Source of the DNA: a bacterium
GTDB lineage: Bacteria > Patescibacteriota > Patescibacteriia > Patescibacteriales > UBA12465
NCBI GenBank assembly: GCA_030696105.1
Contig: JAUYNJ010000005.1
Coordinates: forward strand, 13,678-77,677
Reading direction: 5' to 3'
DNA length: 64,000 nucleotides
This document shows, in pieces, positions 17,066-25,942 of the stretch (positions within the stretch are counted from its first letter, which is position 1; every line of letters begins with the position of its first letter). Position numbers and translations under genes: made by a program. The notes under the pieces were generated by a model, which saw only the letters and a list, made by a program, of their open reading frames with translations, searched no databases and was not told the origin of the DNA.

Positions 17066-19306
17066 CTACAGCTTTATATTCTTTAAGCGTAAGGAGTTCA
17101 AGACAACCGATATGCTACTGAAGGCCATAGCGGCACCCGCAAAGGCGGGGTTTAAAACCAGTCCAAATATTGGGTATAGTAGGCCGGCGGCTAAAGGAAT
17201 GCCGACAATGTTGTAAATGAAGGCCCAGAAAAGGTTTTCTTTGATGGTGCGGAAAGTGAGGCGGGACAGTCTGTAGGCTTGTACCGCTTTTTTCAGGTCA
17301 CCGCCAAGAATTGTGATTCCAGCGGTAGACATAGCGGCGTCTGTGCCGGTGGCCATCGCAATGCCGCTGTCAGCTTGAGCGAGAGCGGGCGCATCGTTAA
17401 TGCCGTCACCAAGCATAGCGACTTTGTGACCCTGTGCCTGTAATTCGCGAATCACGCTCGCTTTGTTTTCAGGCAACATATTTGCTCGAACCTCATCAAT
17501 GCCAGCTAAGCGGGCAATACGAGCAGCAGCGTTAGCTCTGTCGCCGGTGAGCATCATGATTTTTAGGCCATTCTTTTTTAAAGCTTTAATCGCTTCAATG
17601 GCTTCCTCCTTTATTTCATCACCGCAGGCAATTTGTCCAATTAGCTTATTAGCTATGGAAACATCAATGATGGTTTCGCCTTGATCATTACGCGCAGTTG
17701 CCCAAGCACCAAGTGCTTCGCCGCTTTTTCCAATTTTTACATTAGTATCGTTAACACGACCACTAACACCATGTCCGCTTTGGGCTTGGAAACCGGCGAC
17801 CAACTGTTGGCCATAGGGTAGTTTTCTCGTTTTAGCTTCGTTTACAATCGCTTCTGCGAGAGGGTGCTCGGAATATTGCTCAAGTGCTGAGGCGATTAAT
17901 AAAATATCATCTTCGCTCTTATTGTCAGCGACCACATTGACAGCGGTGACTTTAATATTGCCGCTGGTAACGGTGCCAGTTTTATCCATCACTACAATGT
18001 CAGTTTCGCGTAGCTTTTCGAGAGCTTCTGCGTTTTTAATTAAGATGCCTTGTTTTGCGCCGCGACCAATGGCCGCCATTAAGGCGGTTGGAGTTGCTAA
18101 ACCAAGGGCACAGGGGCAAGCAATAACAAGGACTCCGACTAAAGCAGCAATGGCGCCGCTCATCGCGTTTTCAAAGCCGATGGTGTATGGTCCAATAAAT
18201 ATCCAAAGTAAGAAGGAGACAAGCGCAATCACTAAGACAATAGGTACGAAGACGGCCGAAATTTTGTCGCTGAGATTCTGAATAGGGGAGCGACTGTTTT
18301 GAGCCTCTTTTACAAGCTTAATAATATGCGCTAATACTGTGTCAGCGCCAACACTTTCGGCTTTGACAATTAATAACCCTTGTCGATTAATAGTACCGCC
18401 TATTACCTTATCACCAACCGTCTTATCAGCCGGCATGGCTTCACCACTAATCATTGATTCATCAACGCTGGAGTGACCTTCAACAACAGTGCCGTCAACG
18501 GGAATTTTCATTCCCGGTTTTACAATTATACGATCGTGAACCTTAATATTAGCGGTGGCAATTTCTTCGTCTCCGCCTTTTTTTTGAATATAGGCAAGGT
18601 CGGGACGTAGATTCATTAATGCCTCGATGGCGGCGCCACTGCGGCGCTTGGCATTTTTTTCTAAATATTTTCCAAGGATAATGAAGCCAATGACGACAAT
18701 GGTGGCGTCAAAATAATAATGGGAGGCTAAACCGAGCTTCGCGCCAACAAGCGGGAAGAGAAAGAGGAATAAGCTGTAAAAATAGGCAGTGGCCGTACCT
18801 AAGCCAACAAGGGTGTCCATATTAGCTACACGATAACGAGCGAAACGCTTAAGGGCGGTTAAAAAGCGACGTCCTGGTCCAAACATAATTACGCTGGCTG
18901 AGAGCAGCAAGAACACATCCATGATATGCATCGGCAAGGGAAGAGCCGGTAAGCGCGGCACGTAGGAGGCGATAAGACTGTATATCATTGTGACGAATAC
19001 GAATACGGCAATGGGCACTGCAATATAAAATCCGTCTTTCTCACGCGCTTCTTCTGGGTCATAGTCAGCTTGAATGGCCGTTTCGCTAGTCTGTTCGGAA
19101 TAGACTAAGGAATATCCATACTTTTCAATCTCAGTATTGATGCTGGGCAGGCTGATTGTGTTCGGTTCGTATTGTATTTTAGCTTCCTCGCTAGCATAGT
19201 TAACATCAACCTGTTTTACTCCTGGGAGTTTTTCAAGACGTGACTTAACAATTTGAGCACAACTTGTGCAATGGAGGCCTTTTACTGGGTATGTATTTGT
19301 TTCCAT
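17066..19306 (-). CDS. copA: copper-translocating P1B-type ATPase
   Basis: HMA domain GLHCTSCAQIV, TM CPC motif (ACPCALGLATP), DKTGTVT and GDGINDAPAL. ATG 19306 lies 4 nt after the DUF305 stop. The ORF track start at 19333 would overlap DUF305 by 23 nt. Confidence 0.92.
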   Translation of the reverse strand: METNTYPVKGLHCTSCAQIVKSRLEKLPGVKQVDVNYASEEAKIQYEPNTISLPSINTEIEKYGYSLVYSEQTSETAIQADYDPEEAREKDGFYIAVPIAVFVFVTMIYSLIASYVPRLPALPLPMHIMDVFLLLSASVIMFGPGRRFLTALKRFARYRVANMDTLVGLGTATAYFYSLFLFLFPLVGAKLGLASHYYFDATIVVIGFIILGKYLEKNAKRRSGAAIEALMNLRPDLAYIQKKGGDEEIATANIKVHDRIIVKPGMKIPVDGTVVEGHSSVDESMISGEAMPADKTVGDKVIGGTINRQGLLIVKAESVGADTVLAHIIKLVKEAQNSRSPIQNLSDKISAVFVPIVLVIALVSFLLWIFIGPYTIGFENAMSGAIAALVGVLVIACPCALGLATPTALMAAIGRGAKQGILIKNAEALEKLRETDIVVMDKTGTVTSGNIKVTAVNVVADNKSEDDILLIASALEQYSEHPLAEAIVNEAKTRKLPYGQQLVAGFQAQSGHGVSGRVNDTNVKIGKSGEALGAWATARNDQGETIIDVSIANKLIGQIACGDEIKEEAIEAIKALKKNGLKIMMLTGDRANAAARIARLAGIDEVRANMLPENKASVIRELQAQGHKVAMLGDGINDAPALAQADSGIAMATGTDAAMSTAGITILGGDLKKAVQAYRLSRLTFRTIKENLFWAFIYNIVGIPLAAGLLYPIFGLVLNPAFAGAAMAFSSISVVLNSLRLKNIKL

Positions 19307-19310
19307 ATGG

Positions 19311-19874
19311 TTATAAGTTATACCATTCTTCACGCCATTCGCTTAAAGTTTCTTTTGAGGCCGACAAGAAGGCGCCGACGGCGTCGGCGTTATCAATAAC
19401 TGCCGCACGGCTAGTCTTAGTTTTTATTTCTGCCACCATCTCGATGCCTTCTTCGTGATGAGCAATTAGCGCATTAAGAAATCTTAAATCAAAAGTGTCT
19501 CCGGCTTCGCCTAAATTGGGCACCGTTGGTGCTGGTGCTTGGCGGCGGTCACGGTACCACTCATGCTTGAATTCATATAATTCAGCTATCAGCTTTGGCT
19601 CACTTTCTTTTATCATCTCGGCTAAATCTTTAATTTCCTGACGATTACTTTCTGCCGCCGCTTGCTCCGCTAACTTAATAGCGCTTTGGTGATGGGTGAT
19701 CATAGCGTCAAGATATCGTCTGTCAATAAAGTAGTCAGCCTTGCCTAGGTCCATCCCATCTTTATCATACATTTGTGCCTTGTAGTCGGATGTTTGTGAG
19801 TAGCCGATAACAATACCAATCATGACGCCAATCACGGCCAGACTCAGAGCGAGATACAAAGATATCTTTTGCAT
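19311..19874 (-). CDS. DUF305 family membrane-anchored/secreted protein (copper-resistance associated)
   Basis: 187 aa. N-terminal TM and two HH-containing repeats (MITHHQSAI, LIAHHEEGI). Confidence 0.85.
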   Translation of the reverse strand: MQKISLYLALSLAVIGVMIGIVIGYSQTSDYKAQMYDKDGMDLGKADYFIDRRYLDAMITHHQSAIKLAEQAAAESNRQEIKDLAEMIKESEPKLIAELYEFKHEWYRDRRQAPAPTVPNLGEAGDTFDLRFLNALIAHHEEGIEMVAEIKTKTSRAAVIDNADAVGAFLSASKETLSEWREEWYNL

Positions 19875-19907
19875 ATGATTATAATTAGTAATTATAACGA
19901 ATAAATA

Positions 19908-21392
19908 TTATTTACAGCCGTCTACATTGCACACCGGTAATTTATCAGAAGTGGGCGCGGCTGTGGTCTGAGTTGTGCTCTGGGAGAGCGACCCTTCTTT
20001 ATCGACTACTTCAATCACGCCACTGTACATGCCCATAGAGCAACTAAAACCAATTTTACCTAAAGAAGTGGGAGTGAACTCAATAATGTTTTCACCTTTA
20101 ACTAGTCTCTGATTAATTTTTAAGGCAGGCACGACTAAGTCACTCGCGCAGGAATAAGGGGAAGTGCTAGTGATGACCCAGCGGACCGGACGATTAACTT
20201 CAACGACTAGGTTTGCGGGGCGGTAGCCGCGACCATGTTGCTCCATCTCAATAATCTGAACCTCTCCCTTAGAGACAGCCCCAGTCTCCGTTTGTGGTGC
20301 AGCGGACGCTTGTAATTTGAGGAAGTTATATCCATTTGTAAAATTTAAAATACCAAAGAGGATAATTATTAATCCGGCAGTCTTAAAGAATAAGCCCTGA
20401 CGCTTACCCTTTATGAGAGCAACGAGCCCGCCTAAGCCAAGTAAGCCGGGAGCAGTACCGAGAGCGAACACACTCATGATTAAGCCGCCACTAATGAAGC
20501 TCCCACTACTTAAGGCAAATATTTGCATTGACTGGGTAAAGCCACAGGGAAGAAAAAAAGAAACAGCCCCGGCAGTGAAGGCGGCGTAGGGGCCGCCGTT
20601 TTTTTTACCTTTGTTAAAATAGCGACCAATGCTTTTAGGTAGGGTTAAACTGAAGCGACCGAAAGCGGGGAAGATATCAAGAATTTGTAAACCAAGAAAA
20701 GCGATTAAGAAACCGATAGCCAGAGTGAGCCAAGCGCTGAAGGCTGGCGAGATTTTTAAGACTGAGCCGACCAGGCCTAGTAAGCCGCCAAGAATAAAAA
20801 AACCAACTATGCGTCCGAGGTTGAAGAATAGGTGAGGTGTAAATTTTCGTAGCGTTGATGCCTCCGGGTGTCTGCGCGCGTAATCAGCGGCGAGAGCCAT
20901 GACAATACCACCAACGAGTGCCATACATGTTGAAACGCCAGCGATAAGCCCGATTAGACTGACGCCGCCGAGACTCAGGTTTTCGGGGCTTAAATTGTTT
21001 TGGATATTACCCCAGCCGAAAATCTGTAGAACACCAAAGAGGCCGGCTGCAATTAAAGCGGCCAGGCCTAAGTCTTTCCACTTTTTGTTTTTGTCATCGC
21101 CATCACCCTTCTCATGTTTGCCGTGAGTGCCACCATTACCATGAGAATGTTTGTCATCATCATTATCGTCATCATTCTCATCAGCTAAATCATAGCCGAT
21201 GGCGCGCAAGGCAAGGCCAACTGCTTGTTTGTCCGGTTTCGTTTGACCGAAATTTATTTCCGCCTCTTGTTTAAGATGGCTCACCTTTGCAGACTTAACG
21301 CCGGGCAAAGAAGTGAGCTTATCCTCACTTAACATCTCACATGCTTTGCAGTGCAGGCCACTGACCTTAACCTTGATGATGTTATCTTTCAT
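19908..21392 (-). CDS. fusion protein: HMA metal-binding domain + His/Asp-rich linker + DsbD_2/TauE-like 6-TM domain + C-terminal cupredoxin-like domain
   Basis: 494 aa. GLHCKACEM; linker DDDNDDDKHSHGNGGTHGKHEKGDGDD; membrane cysteines VSTCMALVGG and FFLPCGFTQS; C-terminal beta domain ending FSCSMGMYSGVIEVV and CNVDGCK. Confidence 0.75.
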   Translation of the reverse strand: MKDNIIKVKVSGLHCKACEMLSEDKLTSLPGVKSAKVSHLKQEAEINFGQTKPDKQAVGLALRAIGYDLADENDDDNDDDKHSHGNGGTHGKHEKGDGDDKNKKWKDLGLAALIAAGLFGVLQIFGWGNIQNNLSPENLSLGGVSLIGLIAGVSTCMALVGGIVMALAADYARRHPEASTLRKFTPHLFFNLGRIVGFFILGGLLGLVGSVLKISPAFSAWLTLAIGFLIAFLGLQILDIFPAFGRFSLTLPKSIGRYFNKGKKNGGPYAAFTAGAVSFFLPCGFTQSMQIFALSSGSFISGGLIMSVFALGTAPGLLGLGGLVALIKGKRQGLFFKTAGLIIILFGILNFTNGYNFLKLQASAAPQTETGAVSKGEVQIIEMEQHGRGYRPANLVVEVNRPVRWVITSTSPYSCASDLVVPALKINQRLVKGENIIEFTPTSLGKIGFSCSMGMYSGVIEVVDKEGSLSQSTTQTTAAPTSDKLPVCNVDGCK

Positions 21393-21395
21393 ATT

Positions 21396-21680
21396 TTATT
21401 TATTTGCTAGTTTGTTTACTTTTAAAATCTCCTCAATCATTTTTTTCTGAATGACTTCGTTATCCGAAGCCATCGCGCTTTTAAAACAAGTATTTAAATG
21501 GTTCGCTAAGAGCATCTGATGCGCCGACTTCAATAATCCAACGGCCGCTAAGTTCTGCTGCATTACATCCATGCAGTATTCCCCGGACTCAACCATTTGA
21601 ATTAGCTTCTCGCTCAAACTGCGGGCTTTTTTTAAATTGATTAAAATGTCTTGTTTCTCTTTGGTCATAAAGTTAATCAC
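21396..21680 (-). CDS. csoR: CsoR/RcnR-family metal-sensing transcriptional repressor
   Basis: 94 aa. C...H-x3-C ligand pattern (EYCMDV...SAHQMLLANHLNTC). First gene of the copper operon, 3 nt before the next gene. Confidence 0.85.
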   Translation of the reverse strand: MINFMTKEKQDILINLKKARSLSEKLIQMVESGEYCMDVMQQNLAAVGLLKSAHQMLLANHLNTCFKSAMASDNEVIQKKMIEEILKVNKLANK

Positions 21681-21710
21681 TTTGATATTTTAGTATGTTT
21701 AATATAATTT

Positions 21711-21731
21711 AGACCTGGGGGGTAGGTGTCT
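21711..21731 (-). promoter_or_regulatory. CsoR-operator-like pseudo-palindrome around a C6/G6 tract
   Basis: The minus strand reads AGACACCTACCCCCCAGGTCT (ACCT/AGGT arms around C6). It sits directly downstream of an extended -10 TGCTAAAAT (plus coordinates 21734-21742) and 30 nt upstream of the csoR ATG. Confidence 0.5.
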
Positions 21732-21768
21732 GAATTTTAGCATATTCGGTTTAGCCATGCAAGAGTAT

Positions 21769-21794
21769 AAAAAAACAACCCAAGTGTTTGGGTT
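21769..21794 (-). terminator. minus-strand rho-independent terminator upstream of the csoR promoter
   Basis: AACCCAA/TTGGGTT 7-bp stem with a 4-nt loop. The run of 7 T follows only when read on the minus strand. Confidence 0.45.
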
Positions 21795-21878
21795 AAGAAT
21801 TTGATTCAGACAGCGCTATTATATTGCCATGACGTCAAGGGTAGATTTGGGGACAAAATCAGTATACAATATATACAT

Positions 21879-23063
21879 ATGATTGGTGGCTTACCCCTGG
21901 CGGCGTATTTACGCCCGAAACAATTAGAAGAAGTCGTCGGACAGACTCATTTGTTATCTGCTGACAGTTGGCTTGTACAAGCGATTAAAAATGATCGCGT
22001 CTCTTCGCTTATCTTCTGGGGTCCACCCGGGTCCGGTAAAACCACTTTAGCTTCTTTAATTGCCAAGGAAACGAAATCAGACTTCGTTGAACTGTCAGCA
22101 ACGGAAAGCGGGGTGAAGGATTTGAAAAAGATAATTGAACAGGCCCGCTCGGGCAAGCGACTGGGAGTAAAGACGATTCTATTTATCGATGAAATTCATC
22201 GTTGGAATAAAGCGCAACAGGATGCACTCTTGCCGCAGGTAGAAAATGGCACCGTCACCCTGATTGGTGCGACGACCGAAAATCCGAGCTTTGCTGTTAA
22301 CGGTGCTCTATTGTCCCGCGTTAAAGTGGTTGTGCTTGAGCTCCTTAATGAAGAAGACCTCGCCTTAATTGTAAAGCGAGCAGTGAAGGTCTTAAAGGTA
22401 AAGATTAAACCAGACGCCCTGCGTTTAGCGGCGCGCCTGGCGAATGGTGATGCCCGCAAAGCGATTAATTTAATTGAATCAGCAGCCGAGCATACACCAA
22501 ACATTGATATTACCACTTTAAAGCAGATAATTAATAAACCGAATCTCTTATACGATAAAACTGGTGAGGAGCATTATAATTTAATTTCCGCCTTACATAA
22601 ATCAATGCGCGGGAATAATCCTGACGCTTCTTTATACTATTTAGCGCGCATGCTCGAGGCGGGCGAGGATCCATTATACATTGCCCGTCGCTTAGTGCGT
22701 TTTGCGAGTGAAGATGTCGGGGTTGCAAATAACAGCGCCTTGTTACTCGCCGTTGCTGCTTTTGATGCCTGCAAGAATATTGGGATGCCAGAATGCGGGG
22801 TACATTTAGCTCACGCTGCGGCCTATCTTGCTAAGTCGCCCAAAAGCATTGAGGTCTACATGGGCTATAACGCTGCGGTCGCGGAAGTGCGAGAAAGTGG
22901 TAATCTTCCCGTGCCCTTACACTTACGCAACGCCCCGACGAAGTTAATGAAGGAGCTTGATTACGGTAAAGGATATAAGTACACGCCAATGGAAGACGAC
23001 TCAACTCAAGAGTATATGCCAGCAGCCTTAAAGGGCAGGAAATTTCTAAATAAAAAGAAATAA
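21879..23063 (+). CDS. rarA: replication-associated recombination protein A (AAA+ ATPase RarA/MgsA)
   Basis: GPPGSGKTTLA, ILFIDEIHRWNKAQQD and a MgsA C-terminal domain. ATG 21879 gives the usual N-terminus (M..PLA..LRP..L.E.VGQ); the ORF track TTG 21801 is probably too long. Confidence 0.9.
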   Translation: MIGGLPLAAYLRPKQLEEVVGQTHLLSADSWLVQAIKNDRVSSLIFWGPPGSGKTTLASLIAKETKSDFVELSATESGVKDLKKIIEQARSGKRLGVKTILFIDEIHRWNKAQQDALLPQVENGTVTLIGATTENPSFAVNGALLSRVKVVVLELLNEEDLALIVKRAVKVLKVKIKPDALRLAARLANGDARKAINLIESAAEHTPNIDITTLKQIINKPNLLYDKTGEEHYNLISALHKSMRGNNPDASLYYLARMLEAGEDPLYIARRLVRFASEDVGVANNSALLLAVAAFDACKNIGMPECGVHLAHAAAYLAKSPKSIEVYMGYNAAVAEVRESGNLPVPLHLRNAPTKLMKELDYGKGYKYTPMEDDSTQEYMPAALKGRKFLNKKK

Positions 23064-23741
23064 TTAACAACGCGTAAGACTAAATTTATAACCTCGCCCT
23101 GGGATGGTGTGAATATAGTCGGCTTCGCCAGCAGAGTTCAATTTTTTGCGCAGACTCATGATATGGGCTTCAATGGTGTTAGAAAAGGGGTCGGCGTTAT
23201 TTTCCCAAACCTGTTCCATAATTTGACTGCGCGATAACACCTCTTGTCGGCGACGGAAAAATAGTTCAAGCAGGGCGTATTCCTTACCTGTAAGATAGAT
23301 GCGCCTGCCATTGCGACTAGCTAACTGACTTTTAGGATCAAGACAAAGCTTACCCATGCGCCATGTGCGCGAGCTAATTACTTGCGGGCGCCGCAGTAGC
23401 GCTTGTACTCGCCATAGGAACTCTTCAAATAAAAATGGCTTCGTTAAATAATCATCAGCACCTTCTTTAAACATCAGTCCTTTATTCGCGGGATCTGCAT
23501 TTACAGTTAAGGCGAGAACTGGCACCCGTACGCCCTCGCGCCTTATTTGTTTAAGGACGGCTAGACCATCCATTTTCGGCAGGTTGCCATCAAGTACGAT
23601 GAGATCAAAGCGACCGGTGCGCGCTAAGAAGGCGCCTTGCTCGCCATCATAAGCGGCATCGACTACATAACCCTTCGCCTTCAGTCCGCGGCTTAAGAAA
23701 GAGACGATATCTTTTTCATCATCGATAATCAAGATTTTCAT
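23064..23741 (-). CDS. OmpR/PhoB-family response regulator (no kinase gene nearby)
   Basis: 225 aa. Receiver domain (DLIVLDGNLPKMDG, K in LTKPF) plus winged helix (LTGKEYALLELF...IHTIPGRGYKF). Confidence 0.9.
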   Translation of the reverse strand: MKILIIDDEKDIVSFLSRGLKAKGYVVDAAYDGEQGAFLARTGRFDLIVLDGNLPKMDGLAVLKQIRREGVRVPVLALTVNADPANKGLMFKEGADDYLTKPFLFEEFLWRVQALLRRPQVISSRTWRMGKLCLDPKSQLASRNGRRIYLTGKEYALLELFFRRRQEVLSRSQIMEQVWENNADPFSNTIEAHIMSLRKKLNSAGEADYIHTIPGRGYKFSLTRC

Positions 23742-23811
23742 ATAAAAATATATTTACGCTCTCTAAAGTGGAGCTTGAGGTAATTATAACTGAGGAGCGC
23801 TAAATTAAATT

Positions 23812-23839
23812 TAACGTTTTATCACTAAAAAATAACGTT
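23812..23839. promoter_or_regulatory. direct repeat TAACGTT x2 spaced 21 bp in the divergent regulator/hisS intergenic region
   Basis: TAACGTT at 23812-23818 and at 23833-23839, lying between the two divergent core promoters. Confidence 0.35.
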
Positions 23840-23846
23840 CTCGCAA

Positions 23847-23875
23847 TAGACAGTCCGCCCGCTATCATTTATAAT
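23847..23875 (+). promoter_or_regulatory. sigma-70 type promoter for hisS
   Basis: TAGACA (23847-23852), 17 nt spacer, TATAAT (23870-23875). Confidence 0.5.
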
Positions 23876-23894
23876 AAAATCAGCAATAAAATAT

Positions 23895-25172
23895 ATGGCC
23901 AAGACAAAATTAAGTAATCAAGAACCGAAAGGGACGAGCGACTGGCTACCGTCCGAATTTGCGATACGCAATTATATTTTTTCAACCTGGCGCTCTGTCT
24001 GTCGCAGTTACGGCTTTGAAGAGTATTTAACTCCGCTCGTTGAATCAGCGGAAATATACCGCGCGAAATCAGGTGAGGACGTCGGTGGTAAGGAACTTGT
24101 GACCTTCACTGACTTAGGGGGCAGGGAATTATGCATTCGCCCGGAAATGACGCCATCAGTTACTCGTCTCGTTTCTAAAGTTTACACCTCATCACCAAAG
24201 CCCCTTAAATATTTTTCCATTGCCAATTTTATGCGCAATGAAAAGCCACAGCGCGGGCGCAACCGTGAATTTTGGCAACTTAATTGTGATATCTTTGGGA
24301 GCGCTTCGCTTGGTTCTGATTTAGAAATACTACAGCTTTCGCTTGATGTTATGCGGGCCTTTAAGGCTCCAGAAGAGTCATACGTGCTACGCCTTAATAG
24401 TCGTCGTTTACTCGACAATCTGCTGCCGATTTTTGGCCTGCAGGGCGAAAGGGCACCAGTCTTTCGTATCTTAGATAAATTCAGCAAGTTAAGCCGTGAT
24501 GAGTTTGAGCGTCGCTTAATTGAAGTAGGCGCTGATGCTGCATCAGCCAAACAAGTATCCGCTTTTATGGCTGGCGAGTCTGACGATGTATTTGCCGCTG
24601 CTATCTTAAAAAGTGAGGAATTGAAAGCTGCTAAGCAAGAAATTGATTTTGTCATAAATCAACTCCAAGCCCTTGGTTATACTCAAGTTAAATTCGACCC
24701 CACTCTAATTCGCGGTTTCGATTACTATGACGGCTTAGTGTTTGAGGTGTTTGATAATCATGTCGATAATCGTCGCGCCTTATTTGGCGGCGGTCGCTAT
24801 AACGGTTTGGCAGAGATATTTGGGAGCGAGAGTTTTCCGGCTGTTGGTGTGGCGCCTGGTGATGAAACCACTCGCCTCTTCCTTGAAAGCTGGGGGCTGC
24901 TCCCTAAAATAGAAGATGAAAGATATTATCTGCCCTTACTTGATTCTTCGCTCTTAGCTGATACACAACGCTTGGCAATAGCTTTACGCGCAGAAGGCAA
25001 ACAAGTCTTATTTGCCTTTGAACCGCAACGACCAGGTAAGGCTTTAGAGTTTGCCAATAAGCAGGGTATAAAAAATGTAGTCATCTTCGGTAGTGAAGAA
25101 AAAGCTAAGGGTGAGTATAAGTTAAAAGACATGGAGAAAGGCTCTGAAGTTAGTCTGAAGCTGCCGAAGTAA
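23895..25172 (+). CDS. hisS: histidine--tRNA ligase
   Basis: 425 aa class II synthetase. LCIRPEMTPSVTR, RGFDYYDGLVFE and GGGRYNGL. Confidence 0.92.
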   Translation: MAKTKLSNQEPKGTSDWLPSEFAIRNYIFSTWRSVCRSYGFEEYLTPLVESAEIYRAKSGEDVGGKELVTFTDLGGRELCIRPEMTPSVTRLVSKVYTSSPKPLKYFSIANFMRNEKPQRGRNREFWQLNCDIFGSASLGSDLEILQLSLDVMRAFKAPEESYVLRLNSRRLLDNLLPIFGLQGERAPVFRILDKFSKLSRDEFERRLIEVGADAASAKQVSAFMAGESDDVFAAAILKSEELKAAKQEIDFVINQLQALGYTQVKFDPTLIRGFDYYDGLVFEVFDNHVDNRRALFGGGRYNGLAEIFGSESFPAVGVAPGDETTRLFLESWGLLPKIEDERYYLPLLDSSLLADTQRLAIALRAEGKQVLFAFEPQRPGKALEFANKQGIKNVVIFGSEEKAKGEYKLKDMEKGSEVSLKLPK

Positions 25173-25209
25173 GGCTTGCTACCTGCATCTCAATATATTA
25201 AGTCTATAT

Positions 25210-25242
25210 AAAAAAGCGCCTCCTAGTAGGAGACGCTTTTTT
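25210..25242. terminator. bidirectional terminator between convergent hisS and rnhB
   Basis: A-run, GCGCCTCCT/AGGAGACGC stem (one mismatch), T-run. The stem includes the rnhB stop codon. Confidence 0.55.
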
Positions 25243-25858
25243 CTTTTTGTTTGAAGGGGGCGAAGCTGAGACGGTGGATGGGGCAGGGACCAAACTCTTT
25301 TATTTTTTCCATGTGTCTTTTGGTGCCGTAACCTTTATGCTTACCAAACTCGTATTCAGGGAATTGTTTGTCAGCCTCGGCCATAATCCAGTCACGACTA
25401 ACTTTGGCGATGATAGAGGCAGCGGCGATGACAAAAATCTTGGCATCACCGTCTATTACTGTTTGTTGAGTAATATCTAATTTTGGTATTTTGGTGTTAC
25501 CGTCTACTAAAACATAGTCCGGCTTTATCGCCAGCTTATTGATTGCTTGCTGCATGGCGGAGAGGGTGCTTTGTAAAATATTGATGCGATCGATGGCGTG
25601 ATTGTTAACGACGCTAATTTCCACCGCTAAGGCCTTTTGCTTAATAACACTGAATAACTGTTCACGCCGCTTCGCGCTCAGTTTTTTTGAATCTGCTACA
25701 AGGCGAAGTTCATCGGAATCAATGGCAAAATCAGGGCCAATGACAACACAGGCGGCCACCACGGGGCCAGCGAGTGGTCCGCGCCCAGCTTCATCAAGAC
25801 CGCCGATAAGCTTATAGCCAGAATTGAAAATATTTTGTTCAAAGGCTAAGTCTAACAT
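25223..25858 (-). CDS. rnhB: ribonuclease HII
   Basis: 211 aa. GLDEAGRGPLAGPVV, DSKKLS and ASIIAKVSRD. Confidence 0.92.
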   Translation of the reverse strand: MLDLAFEQNIFNSGYKLIGGLDEAGRGPLAGPVVAACVVIGPDFAIDSDELRLVADSKKLSAKRREQLFSVIKQKALAVEISVVNNHAIDRINILQSTLSAMQQAINKLAIKPDYVLVDGNTKIPKLDITQQTVIDGDAKIFVIAAASIIAKVSRDWIMAEADKQFPEYEFGKHKGYGTKRHMEKIKEFGPCPIHRLSFAPFKQKEKSVSY

Positions 25859-25942
25859 GTTTCAATTATAGCAAATATTTTTTAAATGCATAAATGATAC
25901 TTTACAAACAATATACCTTGTGGCAATCTATTAGCAGTATCA

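Noticed and set aside
23742-23894. T-box or other riboswitch leader upstream of hisS (and of cysS)
   Set aside because: The hisS leader after the predicted -10 is only ~20 nt, with no specifier or antiterminator structure. cysS starts 4 nt after the preceding gene.
24182-24655. 157-aa minus-strand ORF inside hisS, plus comparable antisense ORFs at 57231-57647 (rpsB/tsf), 17922-18281 (copA) and 22196-22516 (rarA)
   Set aside because: Each lies entirely within a confidently identified conserved gene on the other strand and has no recognisable motif.
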